DNA of 64,000 bases from a virus. Lineage: Duplodnaviria; Caudoviricetes. The notes under the pieces were generated by a model, which made no database searches, was not told the DNA's origin, and saw only the letters and a program-made list of their open reading frames with translations. The translations under genes were made by a program, and so were the position numbers. Below, piece by piece: positions 19,284 to 29,075 of the stretch. Every line of letters starts with the position of its first letter. Position 1 is the first letter of the stretch. The stretch covers positions 26,362 to 90,361 of IMG/VR virus record IMGVR_UViG_3300037067_011569, one strand, 5' to 3'.

Positions 19284-20904
19284 CGTCTTCTACCTCAGTC
19301 TTTACAGGTTTAGCAGGCTTTGCTGGTTGCTTACGTTTTATTGGAGTAGGTGCATTTGGATTTGCTGGCTTCTCCAATTTCTTTTCCTGCATCGACTCTT
19401 GTTCTATGGTAGTCAGTAATTCAGGATAATGAATCTTTTCAGTTTCGCAGACAAGTCTTTCCTTATAGTAATTCTGGATACCCATTTTCTTAGCAATAGT
19501 TCTATTACTAATACCAAGAGTCTCATTTGTACTGCCGTGTTTTACGCCAAGCCATGCTCTAGCTTTAGCTTCAGCATCAGCAGTTTCAGACGTTGGGTAT
19601 GAAATCTCTATAAGGTCTTCTGGTTTCTTTTGTACTTTCTCTTTCTTAGGTTTCTTTCCGTTGAAGCCAATCACTTCTTCAATTGAGAAAGTTTTAGGAA
19701 AATCAGCCATTGCTGATCTAAGAAAGAAAATAGGCTTCCAGAAATCATATCTGGCGAATCTATCGTGATACGCTATTTCATCTGCGGTTCTATCGCTCAT
19801 AGGACCACGACTAGCTTTAACACTAGCAAATGTGCCTTTAGATTGTCCGGTTGACACATCTTCAGGTTCGTTAAGTCCACTCGTAATCATATGAAGGATA
19901 TCAGTATCAGACTCAGTTATGTTTGGAAGTTTAGGATTTATTGCTTCAAGTTTTATGCCAGGTGGAAGAAACAATCTACTACCAGGTGTATATTTACCAC
20001 CCAATCCTGTATTTTGTTTCTCCGCATCAGTCATGGCAAGAAACAACCTATAAGACTTCCAATCTTCAAACTGTGCAACCCATAAAAAAGCCCCTGCTGA
20101 CTTCTTGTGGTCAACTTCATAAAATTTCAGTTGTTCATATATATTGAGCCATCTAAGAACTGTTCTCAAATGGGAAGTGTTTCTTTTGGCAAGTAATGAT
20201 TTATCCCAATGAGTTATGAACCTGAAGTTGCCACCAAGTTTACTGAAAGCAGACTTTGGGGATTTGGAAAACTTCAACTGATCCCAATTGAAATTAGGAC
20301 TTTTGGATGCATAATTTATTAATTTTGGATCATATGCCACATAAATAGAAGGTATTTGAACTGAATCGTTTGTATTCTCCATCTTCACTGTATAAACAAG
20401 AGGCATCGAAGATTTCAGAGGGTGATAAATAACTCCGTCTTCATCACCACCTGTTACTGTACTCGGATCAATAAAGTCTACTTCTACAAATCCATCTTCA
20501 TGTACAGTGAAACAGTTAAACAACTCCCCTTCTATGTAACTCCTGCCTATGTACTTAGGCCAAGAGTCATACAAACGATTTCTGTAATCGTACCATTCTT
20601 CATCAATTACATCTTGTATTTCTTTTAACTCTGAAGTTACCTCAAATCCTAAACCAGCAATTCTGCCAACTTGTCCCCTTATAGAAGTATTTACTTGTGG
20701 ATTATCATGGAACTTTTGCCAACAAGCTTTTTGCAACTCTTCTCTATCCAGGCCGTCAAGATTCTTAGAGGAAGTAAGAATATCTTCCGGTTCTGCATAA
20801 GTATTAGTTGTTTTTGAAAACTGCCAAGGCGCCATAGTAGCTATTTTAAACATTAGCTCATCTGGTATTGCCTCTAGCTGCTTAAGTAGCTCTTCATCTG
20901 GCAA
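19267..20904 (-). CDS. Portal protein
   Basis: 545 aa between TerL and the protease; YIEGELF...VDFIDPS pattern; TTG start. Confidence 0.75.
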   Translation of the reverse strand: MPDEELLKQLEAIPDELMFKIATMAPWQFSKTTNTYAEPEDILTSSKNLDGLDREELQKACWQKFHDNPQVNTSIRGQVGRIAGLGFEVTSELKEIQDVIDEEWYDYRNRLYDSWPKYIGRSYIEGELFNCFTVHEDGFVEVDFIDPSTVTGGDEDGVIYHPLKSSMPLVYTVKMENTNDSVQIPSIYVAYDPKLINYASKSPNFNWDQLKFSKSPKSAFSKLGGNFRFITHWDKSLLAKRNTSHLRTVLRWLNIYEQLKFYEVDHKKSAGAFLWVAQFEDWKSYRLFLAMTDAEKQNTGLGGKYTPGSRLFLPPGIKLEAINPKLPNITESDTDILHMITSGLNEPEDVSTGQSKGTFASVKASRGPMSDRTADEIAYHDRFARYDFWKPIFFLRSAMADFPKTFSIEEVIGFNGKKPKKEKVQKKPEDLIEISYPTSETADAEAKARAWLGVKHGSTNETLGISNRTIAKKMGIQNYYKERLVCETEKIHYPELLTTIEQESMQEKKLEKPANPNAPTPIKRKQPAKPAKPVKTEVEDDAYTE

Positions 20905-21008
20905 TGTGAACTCCTGTTGACAAAATAGACAAATTGGATTTCAATCTGAATCAGTAGGTGTTTTACATCAAAATGTCAAGGAAAAACCTTCAGAAGCAAT
21001 AAGGTTTT

Positions 21009-22880
21009 TCAATAATTACCATAAACCTGCTTTTCTTGTACGTATATACCAAATATAAAAGAAGTAGTACCTCTTTCTCTGAAATTCTCTATTCCTAAAT
21101 TCCTACCTGAAAACATCGCCCAACCCGTAGCAAACATTGAATCATCTTGTATTCCGCCTTTCTCTTCTTTTTCAGGGGAACCAAACCATCTTTTTTCTAT
21201 ATCGTGATCAAATATTTCCATTTCTTCTATCTGTATATCACCACTCTTTGACCCCAATACACCTGTAGGTGCTGATTTAAACAAACCTTTTGATACAGAG
21301 GAATAAAATTCACCGAATGCTGATCTCTGTCTATCATAAGTAGGGAATATAAGATCAAACGATATTTCTCTTTCTGTTGCCCAAGGTTCTAAGTCCCATA
21401 ATCCCCAACGCTCTCCACCTATTGCATCAATCCCATCATATTCAAGATGATATTGATTCAATAGTTCCTTTATGCCTTCCAAAGAGTGGTTTGTTACATC
21501 TTCTAAATGTAAACGTATATACATATAGTTAGGAACTACACCTTCTCCGTAAAACATGAAGGGATTTGATCTGCTCCCAGGTAATCCTTTTGCCAAACAA
21601 GTAACAATAGTTCTAGCAGAGGATCTGGTTTTCATTGGATCTGCACGATCAACCCCTACCAAAATAACCCAATTTGTATCAAACAAATCACCTAACTTTT
21701 TCAAGTCTTCTATGGTTGCTGCTTGATTTTCATACCCATTATTTAGTTGATAGTACTTAGAAATCCTGCCAAATCTCTTCTCTATGTCATGTAACAATGC
21801 CTCATTGCTTGCTCTTGCATCAATATCTTTAACTTCAAGGTCACTTATCTGCTGCAACATCCTATTTTTTTCTTCAAGCAACTCAATTACCTTATCTTGA
21901 CTGCCAAGATGTCCATCAACAGAGTAAATAGACATTGCCTCTATCATTTCGTCCGAAAAAACACGAACTTTTCCTGCTGACCACAAGTTCTTAAAGAACT
22001 TTTCAAACTCACCAAAAGGAAACTTGACTTTGTAGCCGTCAAGTTCCTCTTGCGTCATGTTTGGATGCCACCAATCGTTTTGATTCCCTTCTTCTGAGTA
22101 CCTATACGAATAAAATATGTTCTCTGTACCAGGTTTTTTCTCTACTTTGTCTCTCCACATAGCATAAAGAGGATGTTGCTTTGGTGAAACGGTAGAATCT
22201 ATTACACCAAGAGCATTTGCAATAGTACGAATAGAACCGTCAAGCTCCACAAAAAACTTTGGATTCTTCATGGAGAACATTTCAGAGAATGTGTAACCCG
22301 TAATATTTGAAACAATCCCTGAAAAACTAGACAATGCTCTTATTGTACTAACTATTCCCCCTCTTTTATCTCTCAAAGTTATGGATTTTTGTTGCACATT
22401 CTTCCAACCAACAATGCCCAATAGTCTTGGTGAGTTCTTCACTATATCAGACATAACATCAAAGTGGACAAACTTAATCTGATCTTTGCTATTTGCACCA
22501 AGAACTATATCTTGTTTAGGCCAACAAAAGAACTTCCATAACTGTATAAGACAAGCAAGGAACGATTTACCTTCACCTCGCATCCAACAAAAAATGAGAA
22601 GTCTGTAAACAAACCTCCCATTCTCCATCTTCAAAGCTTCTCGGACAAGCTTCTTTTGTTCATCCCACATTTGCTTATAACTTCTACCTGTCTTAGGATT
22701 TGGTGTATCAGGCAGGGAATGAACTGGTACCCATCTCGCAATATCAGAGCCTTCAGGGTATATTTTGATACAAACATTTTCTTCACACCAATATATAAAA
22801 CCTTCTGCTCCATCTCTATACTTCTGAAGTTTTGTAAGTTCTGGTTTCTTGATATTTCTTCTTCTCACGATGGGTATCAT
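21009..22880 (-). CDS. terL: Terminase large subunit
   Basis: RGEGKS Walker A, GANSKDQ, DST motif III, VGVD and QDDS nuclease acids. Confidence 0.88.
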   Translation of the reverse strand: MIPIVRRRNIKKPELTKLQKYRDGAEGFIYWCEENVCIKIYPEGSDIARWVPVHSLPDTPNPKTGRSYKQMWDEQKKLVREALKMENGRFVYRLLIFCWMRGEGKSFLACLIQLWKFFCWPKQDIVLGANSKDQIKFVHFDVMSDIVKNSPRLLGIVGWKNVQQKSITLRDKRGGIVSTIRALSSFSGIVSNITGYTFSEMFSMKNPKFFVELDGSIRTIANALGVIDSTVSPKQHPLYAMWRDKVEKKPGTENIFYSYRYSEEGNQNDWWHPNMTQEELDGYKVKFPFGEFEKFFKNLWSAGKVRVFSDEMIEAMSIYSVDGHLGSQDKVIELLEEKNRMLQQISDLEVKDIDARASNEALLHDIEKRFGRISKYYQLNNGYENQAATIEDLKKLGDLFDTNWVILVGVDRADPMKTRSSARTIVTCLAKGLPGSRSNPFMFYGEGVVPNYMYIRLHLEDVTNHSLEGIKELLNQYHLEYDGIDAIGGERWGLWDLEPWATEREISFDLIFPTYDRQRSAFGEFYSSVSKGLFKSAPTGVLGSKSGDIQIEEMEIFDHDIEKRWFGSPEKEEKGGIQDDSMFATGWAMFSGRNLGIENFRERGTTSFIFGIYVQEKQVYGNY

Positions 22881-22882
22881 AA

Positions 22883-23533
22883 TTACTTCCCGTTATTCAA
22901 AGAAGTTTTGAAGTTCATACTAAAAGGATCTCCTACAGGCTCAGTTTCTTTCATTAATTCTGATACATAATCATTATCATCATTGCTTCCACTGCTTCCT
23001 AGATCAAGCAATTCCTTCTCTTTTTTCTTCATCAAATCTGTCAATCCTGCTACTGATTTTGGATCTATGGCTAGTTTCTCAGCAGTGTAGTAAATTGCTT
23101 TCATTGTTTCTCTGATCTCTTTAAATATTGGATGAACGTACTTGCTTTTTCCTACACATATAATATCTTCTAATCCAAGACCTGCTTCAACAAGTTTGAA
23201 CTTACACAATTGAACAAACAAAGGTGTAAGATGCATACCAAAACCATATAGTTGAAATTGATCCCATTCTTCCGCATATGCTTTCAACAATGTATTGGAT
23301 GCAGTCTTAACATATTGCATCTGGACAGTACATTTATGTTCATTGGTTTTGTTTTCTGCTGGACATCTTTCGTAGACAGGACATTCTTCTACAGCACAAA
23401 CTCCCACAATATCCCATGATACTAAAGTTTTTCCTGCAAAGATTCCCCCATGAAATCCAAGTTCCCCAAATTTTCTTTCAAAGCGATCTGGTAATTTACT
23501 TCTTCTGTTTTTGCTAATCATTTCTTTCTCCAT
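22883..23533 (-). CDS. Putative terminase small subunit
   Basis: First gene of the late operon directly upstream of terL; Cys cluster CAVEECPVYERC. Confidence 0.5.
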   Translation of the reverse strand: MEKEMISKNRRSKLPDRFERKFGELGFHGGIFAGKTLVSWDIVGVCAVEECPVYERCPAENKTNEHKCTVQMQYVKTASNTLLKAYAEEWDQFQLYGFGMHLTPLFVQLCKFKLVEAGLGLEDIICVGKSKYVHPIFKEIRETMKAIYYTAEKLAIDPKSVAGLTDLMKKKEKELLDLGSSGSNDDNDYVSELMKETEPVGDPFSMNFKTSLNNGK

Positions 23534-23650
23534 ACTTAAATTTTATCTATGACAGATCCTGACATTTTTCAGCATTGAATTAAAAAATCCAAATGTCAAT
23601 ACAAAAAAGTGAATAAAAAGTAAGAAAAATGTGCTATACATGTAATAACA

Positions 23651-24088
23651 ATGCAATTAACTTATTACATGGGGGATACATTGAAAAAGGAAAGTAAGTT
23701 AATAAAGCATGGGCACACAAGAGGTGGCATAGAATCAATCGAGTACAGAACATATTCAGGGATGAAGAACAAGTGTTGTAATCCAAATTATGTCAGATAC
23801 GATCTTTATGGAGGAAGAGGAATCACTATTTGCGAAGAATGGATGAATTCATTTGAACAATTCCTTATTGATCTAGGACCAATGCCTGATGGTGCAGTAC
23901 TTGGCAGAATTGATGAAAACAAAAACTTTGATCCTGAAAATGCTAGATGGATGAGTAAGGGAGATTATATAAGATCACTTCCTTCTTCTTTTGGTTATAG
24001 AAAACATCCCAGAATGTCTGCAAAGAAAAGAAAGCTCCAAGAGATGCTTGCACTTATTCCAATTAAAAGGAGAAACAATGGTAACTGA
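23651..24088 (+). CDS. HNH-like homing endonuclease homolog, probably degenerate
   Basis: KHG...MKNKCCNP...YGGRGITICEEW...F..F..DLG...LGRIDENKNFDPENARW. Confidence 0.7.
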   Translation: MQLTYYMGDTLKKESKLIKHGHTRGGIESIEYRTYSGMKNKCCNPNYVRYDLYGGRGITICEEWMNSFEQFLIDLGPMPDGAVLGRIDENKNFDPENARWMSKGDYIRSLPSSFGYRKHPRMSAKKRKLQEMLALIPIKRRNNGN

Positions 24089-24308
24089 AGAAGAAGTACT
24101 GAAGAAGATAGAAGAACTTGAGGTAGTAAAAAAGATATACGAAAAAGAAAGAGCCAATGCAGACATAGAAAGGTACTTTGATTTTTACAACACAAGACTT
24201 TCTATAATAGAGGAACACATAACCATGTTGAATTGGTTTATTGGTAAAGTAAGTAGTTTTGAACTCCATTGGGAAAACAAAGAATGGTTAACTTTACAAA
24301 GGATGTAG
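24078..24308 (+). CDS. Hypothetical protein
   Basis: AGGAG SD then ATG 24078 (MVTEEEVLKK). Confidence 0.55.
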   Translation: MVTEEEVLKKIEELEVVKKIYEKERANADIERYFDFYNTRLSIIEEHITMLNWFIGKVSSFELHWENKEWLTLQRM

Positions 24309-24309
24309 A

Positions 24310-24510
24310 ATGAGAAAAAGAAAATTTTCTTCATATCTACCTAATGTCTGTGGAATATGTAATAAAAGAATAACCTTTGACAACCAAAGAACATACGTTA
24401 CAGGTGAATCAGGATCAAGAGATTACTTTGCACATGTAGATTGTATCAGAAAAGAAGAATCCATAGCAGGAAACTATAAGCCTTTAACTCACAACACAGA
24501 AAGAGAGTAA
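24310..24510 (+). CDS. Small Cys/His (LIM/Zn-like) protein
   Basis: CGIC...AHVDC. Confidence 0.5.
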   Translation: MRKRKFSSYLPNVCGICNKRITFDNQRTYVTGESGSRDYFAHVDCIRKEESIAGNYKPLTHNTERE

Positions 24511-24514
24511 AGAT

Positions 24515-24859
24515 ATGCCTACTAGAAACATTCTTTCTTACGGAACACATCCCCCACCAAAGATTGATTACGAAGGTCAATGGTTTCTCAGAGCTATAAA
24601 ACATGAAGCTAAAAGACTTGAAAAGAAATACAACCATAAACCTAAATACATTCTTATGGATCAAACCACTTATCACCACATAAGAATGTACCTTCTTTCT
24701 ATCAACCTGGAACATGAAACCCATAGATTCTACCCAGACCAATTATGGGACATGAAAATAGTTATCTATCCGATAAAAGACAGAACCATACTCAAGTTAG
24801 TAAGAACACCTGTACAGGAAGTGTGCTACCCAAATGATAACACTAAGGAGTACATATGA
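24515..24859 (+). CDS. Hypothetical protein
   Basis: GAG SD; coupled to the next ORF. Confidence 0.5.
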   Translation: MPTRNILSYGTHPPPKIDYEGQWFLRAIKHEAKRLEKKYNHKPKYILMDQTTYHHIRMYLLSINLEHETHRFYPDQLWDMKIVIYPIKDRTILKLVRTPVQEVCYPNDNTKEYI

Positions 24860-25128
24860 CTTTCACCACCTTCATTATTTGTCCCAGCAATGATATTTAT
24901 AACCTGTACCTAAAGTCATTAAACATTAAAACCAAAGAAGAGAAACAAAGTTACCAAAGACTTACAGAGAAAGATCAATTAAATGGTTATGGTAATTTCA
25001 ATGTAATTGTCATAGAATCAAATCACCAATACTTTACTTTTGAGAAAACAGTTAGGATATTAAAATACGTAAACTACCTTCAATCTTTAAAAGCTATCTC
25101 ACCAATAAAAAGAATCACCAAGTTTTAG
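24856..25128 (+). CDS. Hypothetical protein
   Basis: AAGGAG SD; ATGA overlap. Confidence 0.5.
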   Translation: MTFTTFIICPSNDIYNLYLKSLNIKTKEEKQSYQRLTEKDQLNGYGNFNVIVIESNHQYFTFEKTVRILKYVNYLQSLKAISPIKRITKF

Positions 25129-25132
25129 TATC

Positions 25133-25196
25133 TGTTTTATCTGGAGCTTGTAGGGATTTAATAAAAGATTAGTTCCTTACAGTTCCAGATAAAACA
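25133..25196 (+). terminator. Long hairpin closing the small plus-strand cluster
   Basis: TGTTTTATCTGGA / TCCAGATAAAACA 13-bp perfect arms plus an imperfect inner stem, 4 nt after the stop. Confidence 0.5.
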
Positions 25197-27073
25197 ATAA
25201 CAAGGTTTCTATTCAGCAATGATAACAATTAATTCCCTTCCTCTTTTAACAATCATTATCTTGGTTCTTATTCAATATATATACCTTATAATTCCCTTCT
25301 AAATAAATCAATCCCAAAACACAAAATGATGTTTTAGACTACTCTAACTAAGACTTTTACACACTAAAATCATCACTGGAACTAACAGGAATTAATTGCA
25401 ATAAAGCTTTAATAAGAACCAAATAAGTTTGGTTCTTATCTTTTCTATTCAAATACTTATTCAGTAAAGTTCCTTAGTTTTTATATAATTATTGGCACTA
25501 AAAAATAAAAACAGTAAAAAATCAGGACATAATAAACATCACTGTAGAGTCTACTTTTAGACTACTCTGATTAAACAAAGATAAGATAAATAAATCATAG
25601 CATCCCTGTATCAGGGATTAAGTTTAAATCAAATGGAAGTTCTAACTGTAGTAAAAATACTATTTTCAAAAATAAAAAGTCCCAAAATAAAAAGAAGGAA
25701 AACATAGTAAATAGAAAAGGGAGGGGGTAGGTTGGTAGTAGATAAAATAAAAGATTCAGTAAGAAAAAGAGTAGTAAGAATATAAAGCAGAGTTGTTCCC
25801 CTTGTTGGTAAGTAAAGTTTATTATTGTTCATTTTATTGGGAGTAGTTAGAAGAAAGTATATGCATAAATGGGAGGAGTTAGTTTGATTGTTATTTTGCC
25901 GGGAATAATTATGTAATTAAAATTGGTTTTATATGTAGTAAGGAAAAGTATTTTATGTAGTTATTTTATTGGGAATAATTATGATCGGTACCCCCGTGCT
26001 GCTGTCTGTCCATTTCTTTTGAGATAGAACGAGGGGGTATCTCTTTATCTAATCATTTCAATAGTTTAGCTGATATAGCGTCTGATATTGTATGTTATGT
26101 AAACTTGTAATGATATCGCATAGTTAGCTATGCTTATGTTTTCTGATTACAATAAGTGCATATACACTAACTATATAAGCGCAAAGCATGATATCGCTCG
26201 CTTTGCTCGCTTACAGTGCAACGCTTCGCTCGCTTTGCTCGCTGTAGTCGCTTGTCTTACTTCGCTTGTTGTAGTCGATTACAGCAACTTGTCTTTGTCT
26301 TCACTACTCGCTTTATTCACTCTTACAATTCGCTTTGTTTTCAATATTATTTACTCTATCATTATCACAATTGTTAACAATGTTGTTAAAAGTGACAAAA
26401 ATTGTCACTCGGTTACAGTCTACATCACATGATATAGTGTTTCTATCTTGATACAACACTTGACAAAATGTGATAAGTTCTTTTCTGTTTTTAACTAAAT
26501 AACATCACTTTCCTGATATAGTTTAACGATATATAGTAATAATTATGACAATAATCATTCTTCAATCAACGATCGGCTATGCAAACGAAGTAGAGTACAC
26601 TCTCAATTTTGCTCTGCTCAAAATGCTTAAAAACGATGTTAGAATCAATATTCAACTTTTTGCATATAAGCTTTTGAGTGAAGAGATTGTTAACAATGTT
26701 GTTTATGAAAGTAGTCTACTTTTTACTGTTTTCAATATTGTTAAAGATATTGTTAACAATTTGCTACTTACTGTATAAAACTACTTTTTCTTACTATTCT
26801 GATTAGACTGATTTAGTTCTCTTTTCAGTACAGTACAAAAAGTAAGTAGAATAAGAATTTTGCAAAGTACTTTGATTTATCTGTTTTTTCTTACTTTATT
26901 GATTTTACTTGTTTTGCTTTAATCTATACTGAATCTATAGAGTAAGTGCTACAAGACGTTTTAACGCACGCTAGAACACGAATTATGAACTATGCAGTAC
27001 AATGCTTTTCATTATGCTGCATCGTTTCTGCATAAGCTTTTGAGTGCTTTCTTAAGAATGATTCTCTTTTGCA

Positions 27074-27181
27074 CAGTTTTATGTGCAATGCACTGTTTTA
27101 TGTGCAATTTCTTGATTCTTTAGTTATCTCAATAAGTTAAGTATGTTTTCGAGTAAAAAATTGCACATGTTTATGTGCAAT
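27074..27181. repeat. TTATGTGCAAT repeats (direct x3, one inverted copy)
   Basis: Copies ending at 27089, 27108 and 27181; ATTGCACAT at 27160-27168 forms a palindrome with the third copy. Confidence 0.8.
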
Positions 27182-27982
27182 GACGAATAATTCTTCTATT
27201 CTGAACTAGTAAAAATGAACTTATTTTTACGAGTAAAAATAATGCTTTATCTTCTTTTTTGTTTCTAAAAGCGGGTATAGCATAAAATTTGCATTCTCTT
27301 TTGTTCGTGCTGACATATAGTCAGAGACTCTGAAAGTAAAAGCTCATGAGAAATAGAGTGAAGAGACTTTGAACGAAGTCTCAACTTTCAGAGAAAGCGA
27401 ATAACTGCTAAATTCTTTCTCGTTTGACTGTAGAGTGACTACAGACAAGTTGAGTAGCAGTGAAGAGCAACAGTGAACGCATTGCGTTTTTCGTGTGCTG
27501 ACTAGTGAAGAGAAAGCACAAGCGCAACTATGTAAAACGTGTGAGTAGACTAAACACGTTGCGTAAATCAGATTCAAAGACTGTTGTAGTTATGCGAAAG
27601 ACAAGAGAATTTAGCTTATCACTTTCGAAGTAGCATGCTGAATCTAAGCATTGCGAAATTGACAATTTAATCTGATTAACAAAAAGCAAATAGCTTGTTC
27701 TTGTGCTATTGCTATGCGAGTTAAAGCATAGATTGCACAAAGCGAATAGAAAGCTAGTGCTTAGTCTTTTATTGCTGCTATGCAGATATGTCATTATTAC
27801 AGACTATAGGGTAAGAACTATAGATAATGATTAAACGTCTTTACTCTGCTATTCGCATAGATAAGATAATAAATCGAATCTAAAGCATAAAAGACTGATT
27901 AAAATACATAACAAGAGCATTTATACTTTATGCTTTTTGCTAATCAGATTTTCTCTTTTCTCTTTTCTCTTGACTCGTAACA

Positions 27983-28016
27983 AAAAGAGATAGTAGCAAT
28001 TGCTACTATCTCTTTT
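27983..28016. promoter_or_regulatory. Perfect 34-bp palindrome
   Basis: AAAAGAGATAGTAGCAA|TTGCTACTATCTCTTTT; bidirectional terminator or operator. Confidence 0.75.
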
Positions 28017-28049
28017 CAATATGCAGAGTAAGAAAGTAGAGCAAATATC

Positions 28050-28232
28050 ATGTTAAAAGACAGAATATTAAATGCTACAAGAGATTTTCTTAATGCAAAG
28101 AATTCTAGTAGACTACTTATCAGCAATTTTGAAAATGAAATTGCTGTATGTAAGAATTTTAATGAATACAAAGAAAACAAAGAACTAAAAGAACTTGAAT
28201 CACTTATTAATAAGTTCAAGTCAATTCTTTAA
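28050..28232 (+). CDS. Small protein with no Gly/Pro/Trp
   Basis: 60 aa; purine-rich leader without GG. Confidence 0.55.
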   Translation: MLKDRILNATRDFLNAKNSSRLLISNFENEIAVCKNFNEYKENKELKELESLINKFKSIL

Positions 28233-28305
28233 TCTTACATACTCTGCATGTTGATAAGAGATAGATTGCAATGACTTCTATCAGTCTTTTAAGACTAGAA
28301 AGAGA

Positions 28306-28527
28306 GTGAAGAATTTGATTATTCGAGTATCTGATACTTTCAAGTCTAATCTTAGAAATAGCATAGATAGACTTGAAAATCGTAGCAAAGTAGAACTTGA
28401 GAAAGATTTTTTTGACAAGTTCACTTATGCACAAGATAGTTGTGTTGCATGTAATTCTGATTTAAAAGACTTTTCTAGCTTTTATTGTCATGAATGCGAG
28501 AAAGTGATTGCTAAACTGAAGAGATAA
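28306..28527 (+). CDS. Small Zn-ribbon protein with no Gly/Pro/Trp
   Basis: GTG start; CVAC...CHEC. Confidence 0.6.
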   Translation: MKNLIIRVSDTFKSNLRNSIDRLENRSKVELEKDFFDKFTYAQDSCVACNSDLKDFSSFYCHECEKVIAKLKR

Positions 28528-28568
28528 GTGCTTTTAACTTCTAACGTCAAAAGAAAGAGAGAAAAATC

Positions 28569-29030
28569 ATGAAAACGAGAACTGTAGTTCTGAGAAAGAA
28601 AAACAATGTCGTTTCTACTGTCAATGCAATTGACAGTGATGCACTTGCAATATTTGAAGACAAAAAAGCCTTCATTGCAATGAAGGCTTTGAAAAGTGCA
28701 ACTGATTTACTTGAAGAGAGGCGTGCAACACACTATGCGAACAAGTACGAGATTGCACGTGAAGTTGTGAAGAGTGTAGTGAAGAGCAACAAAAGAGCAA
28801 AGTCAGAAAAACATGCGTGCGTTAGTTATATTGAATCACTGATCGAACAAGCACGCTATACACACAAAGAGATACTTGCTAGTGCATGCGTAATGTTTTC
28901 TGATTTAGCACGAATCACGATTGCAACGTATCTTTCAGACTCGAAAAACCCATCTGAAAAATACGGATTCAGACGACATAAGTTCTCAAGACTTGCGAAA
29001 ACTGACAGCAACAAAGTTATGCATTATTAG
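28569..29030 (+). CDS. DSKNP-domain protein, paralog 1 (putative DNA-binding)
   Basis: C-terminal domain aligns with 31199-31900 and 50021-50671; GG-less leader AAGAAAGAGAGAAAAATC. Confidence 0.85.
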   Translation: MKTRTVVLRKKNNVVSTVNAIDSDALAIFEDKKAFIAMKALKSATDLLEERRATHYANKYEIAREVVKSVVKSNKRAKSEKHACVSYIESLIEQARYTHKEILASACVMFSDLARITIATYLSDSKNPSEKYGFRRHKFSRLAKTDSNKVMHY

Positions 29031-29037
29031 CAGCTAG

Positions 29038-29075
29038 TGCAGTCAGCTAGAGCATTCGTGTTCTGACTGACTGCA
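29038..29075 (+). terminator. 17-bp hairpin with UUCG loop after paralog 1
   Basis: TGCAGTCAGCTAGAGCA-TTCG-TGTTCTGACTGACTGCA. Confidence 0.6.

Noticed and set aside
25629-27794. ORFs at 25629, 26130, 26545, 27344 and 27528
   Set aside because: No SD, low-complexity Leu/Ser/Val-rich translations, repeat-filled context; not called, though short peptides cannot be excluded
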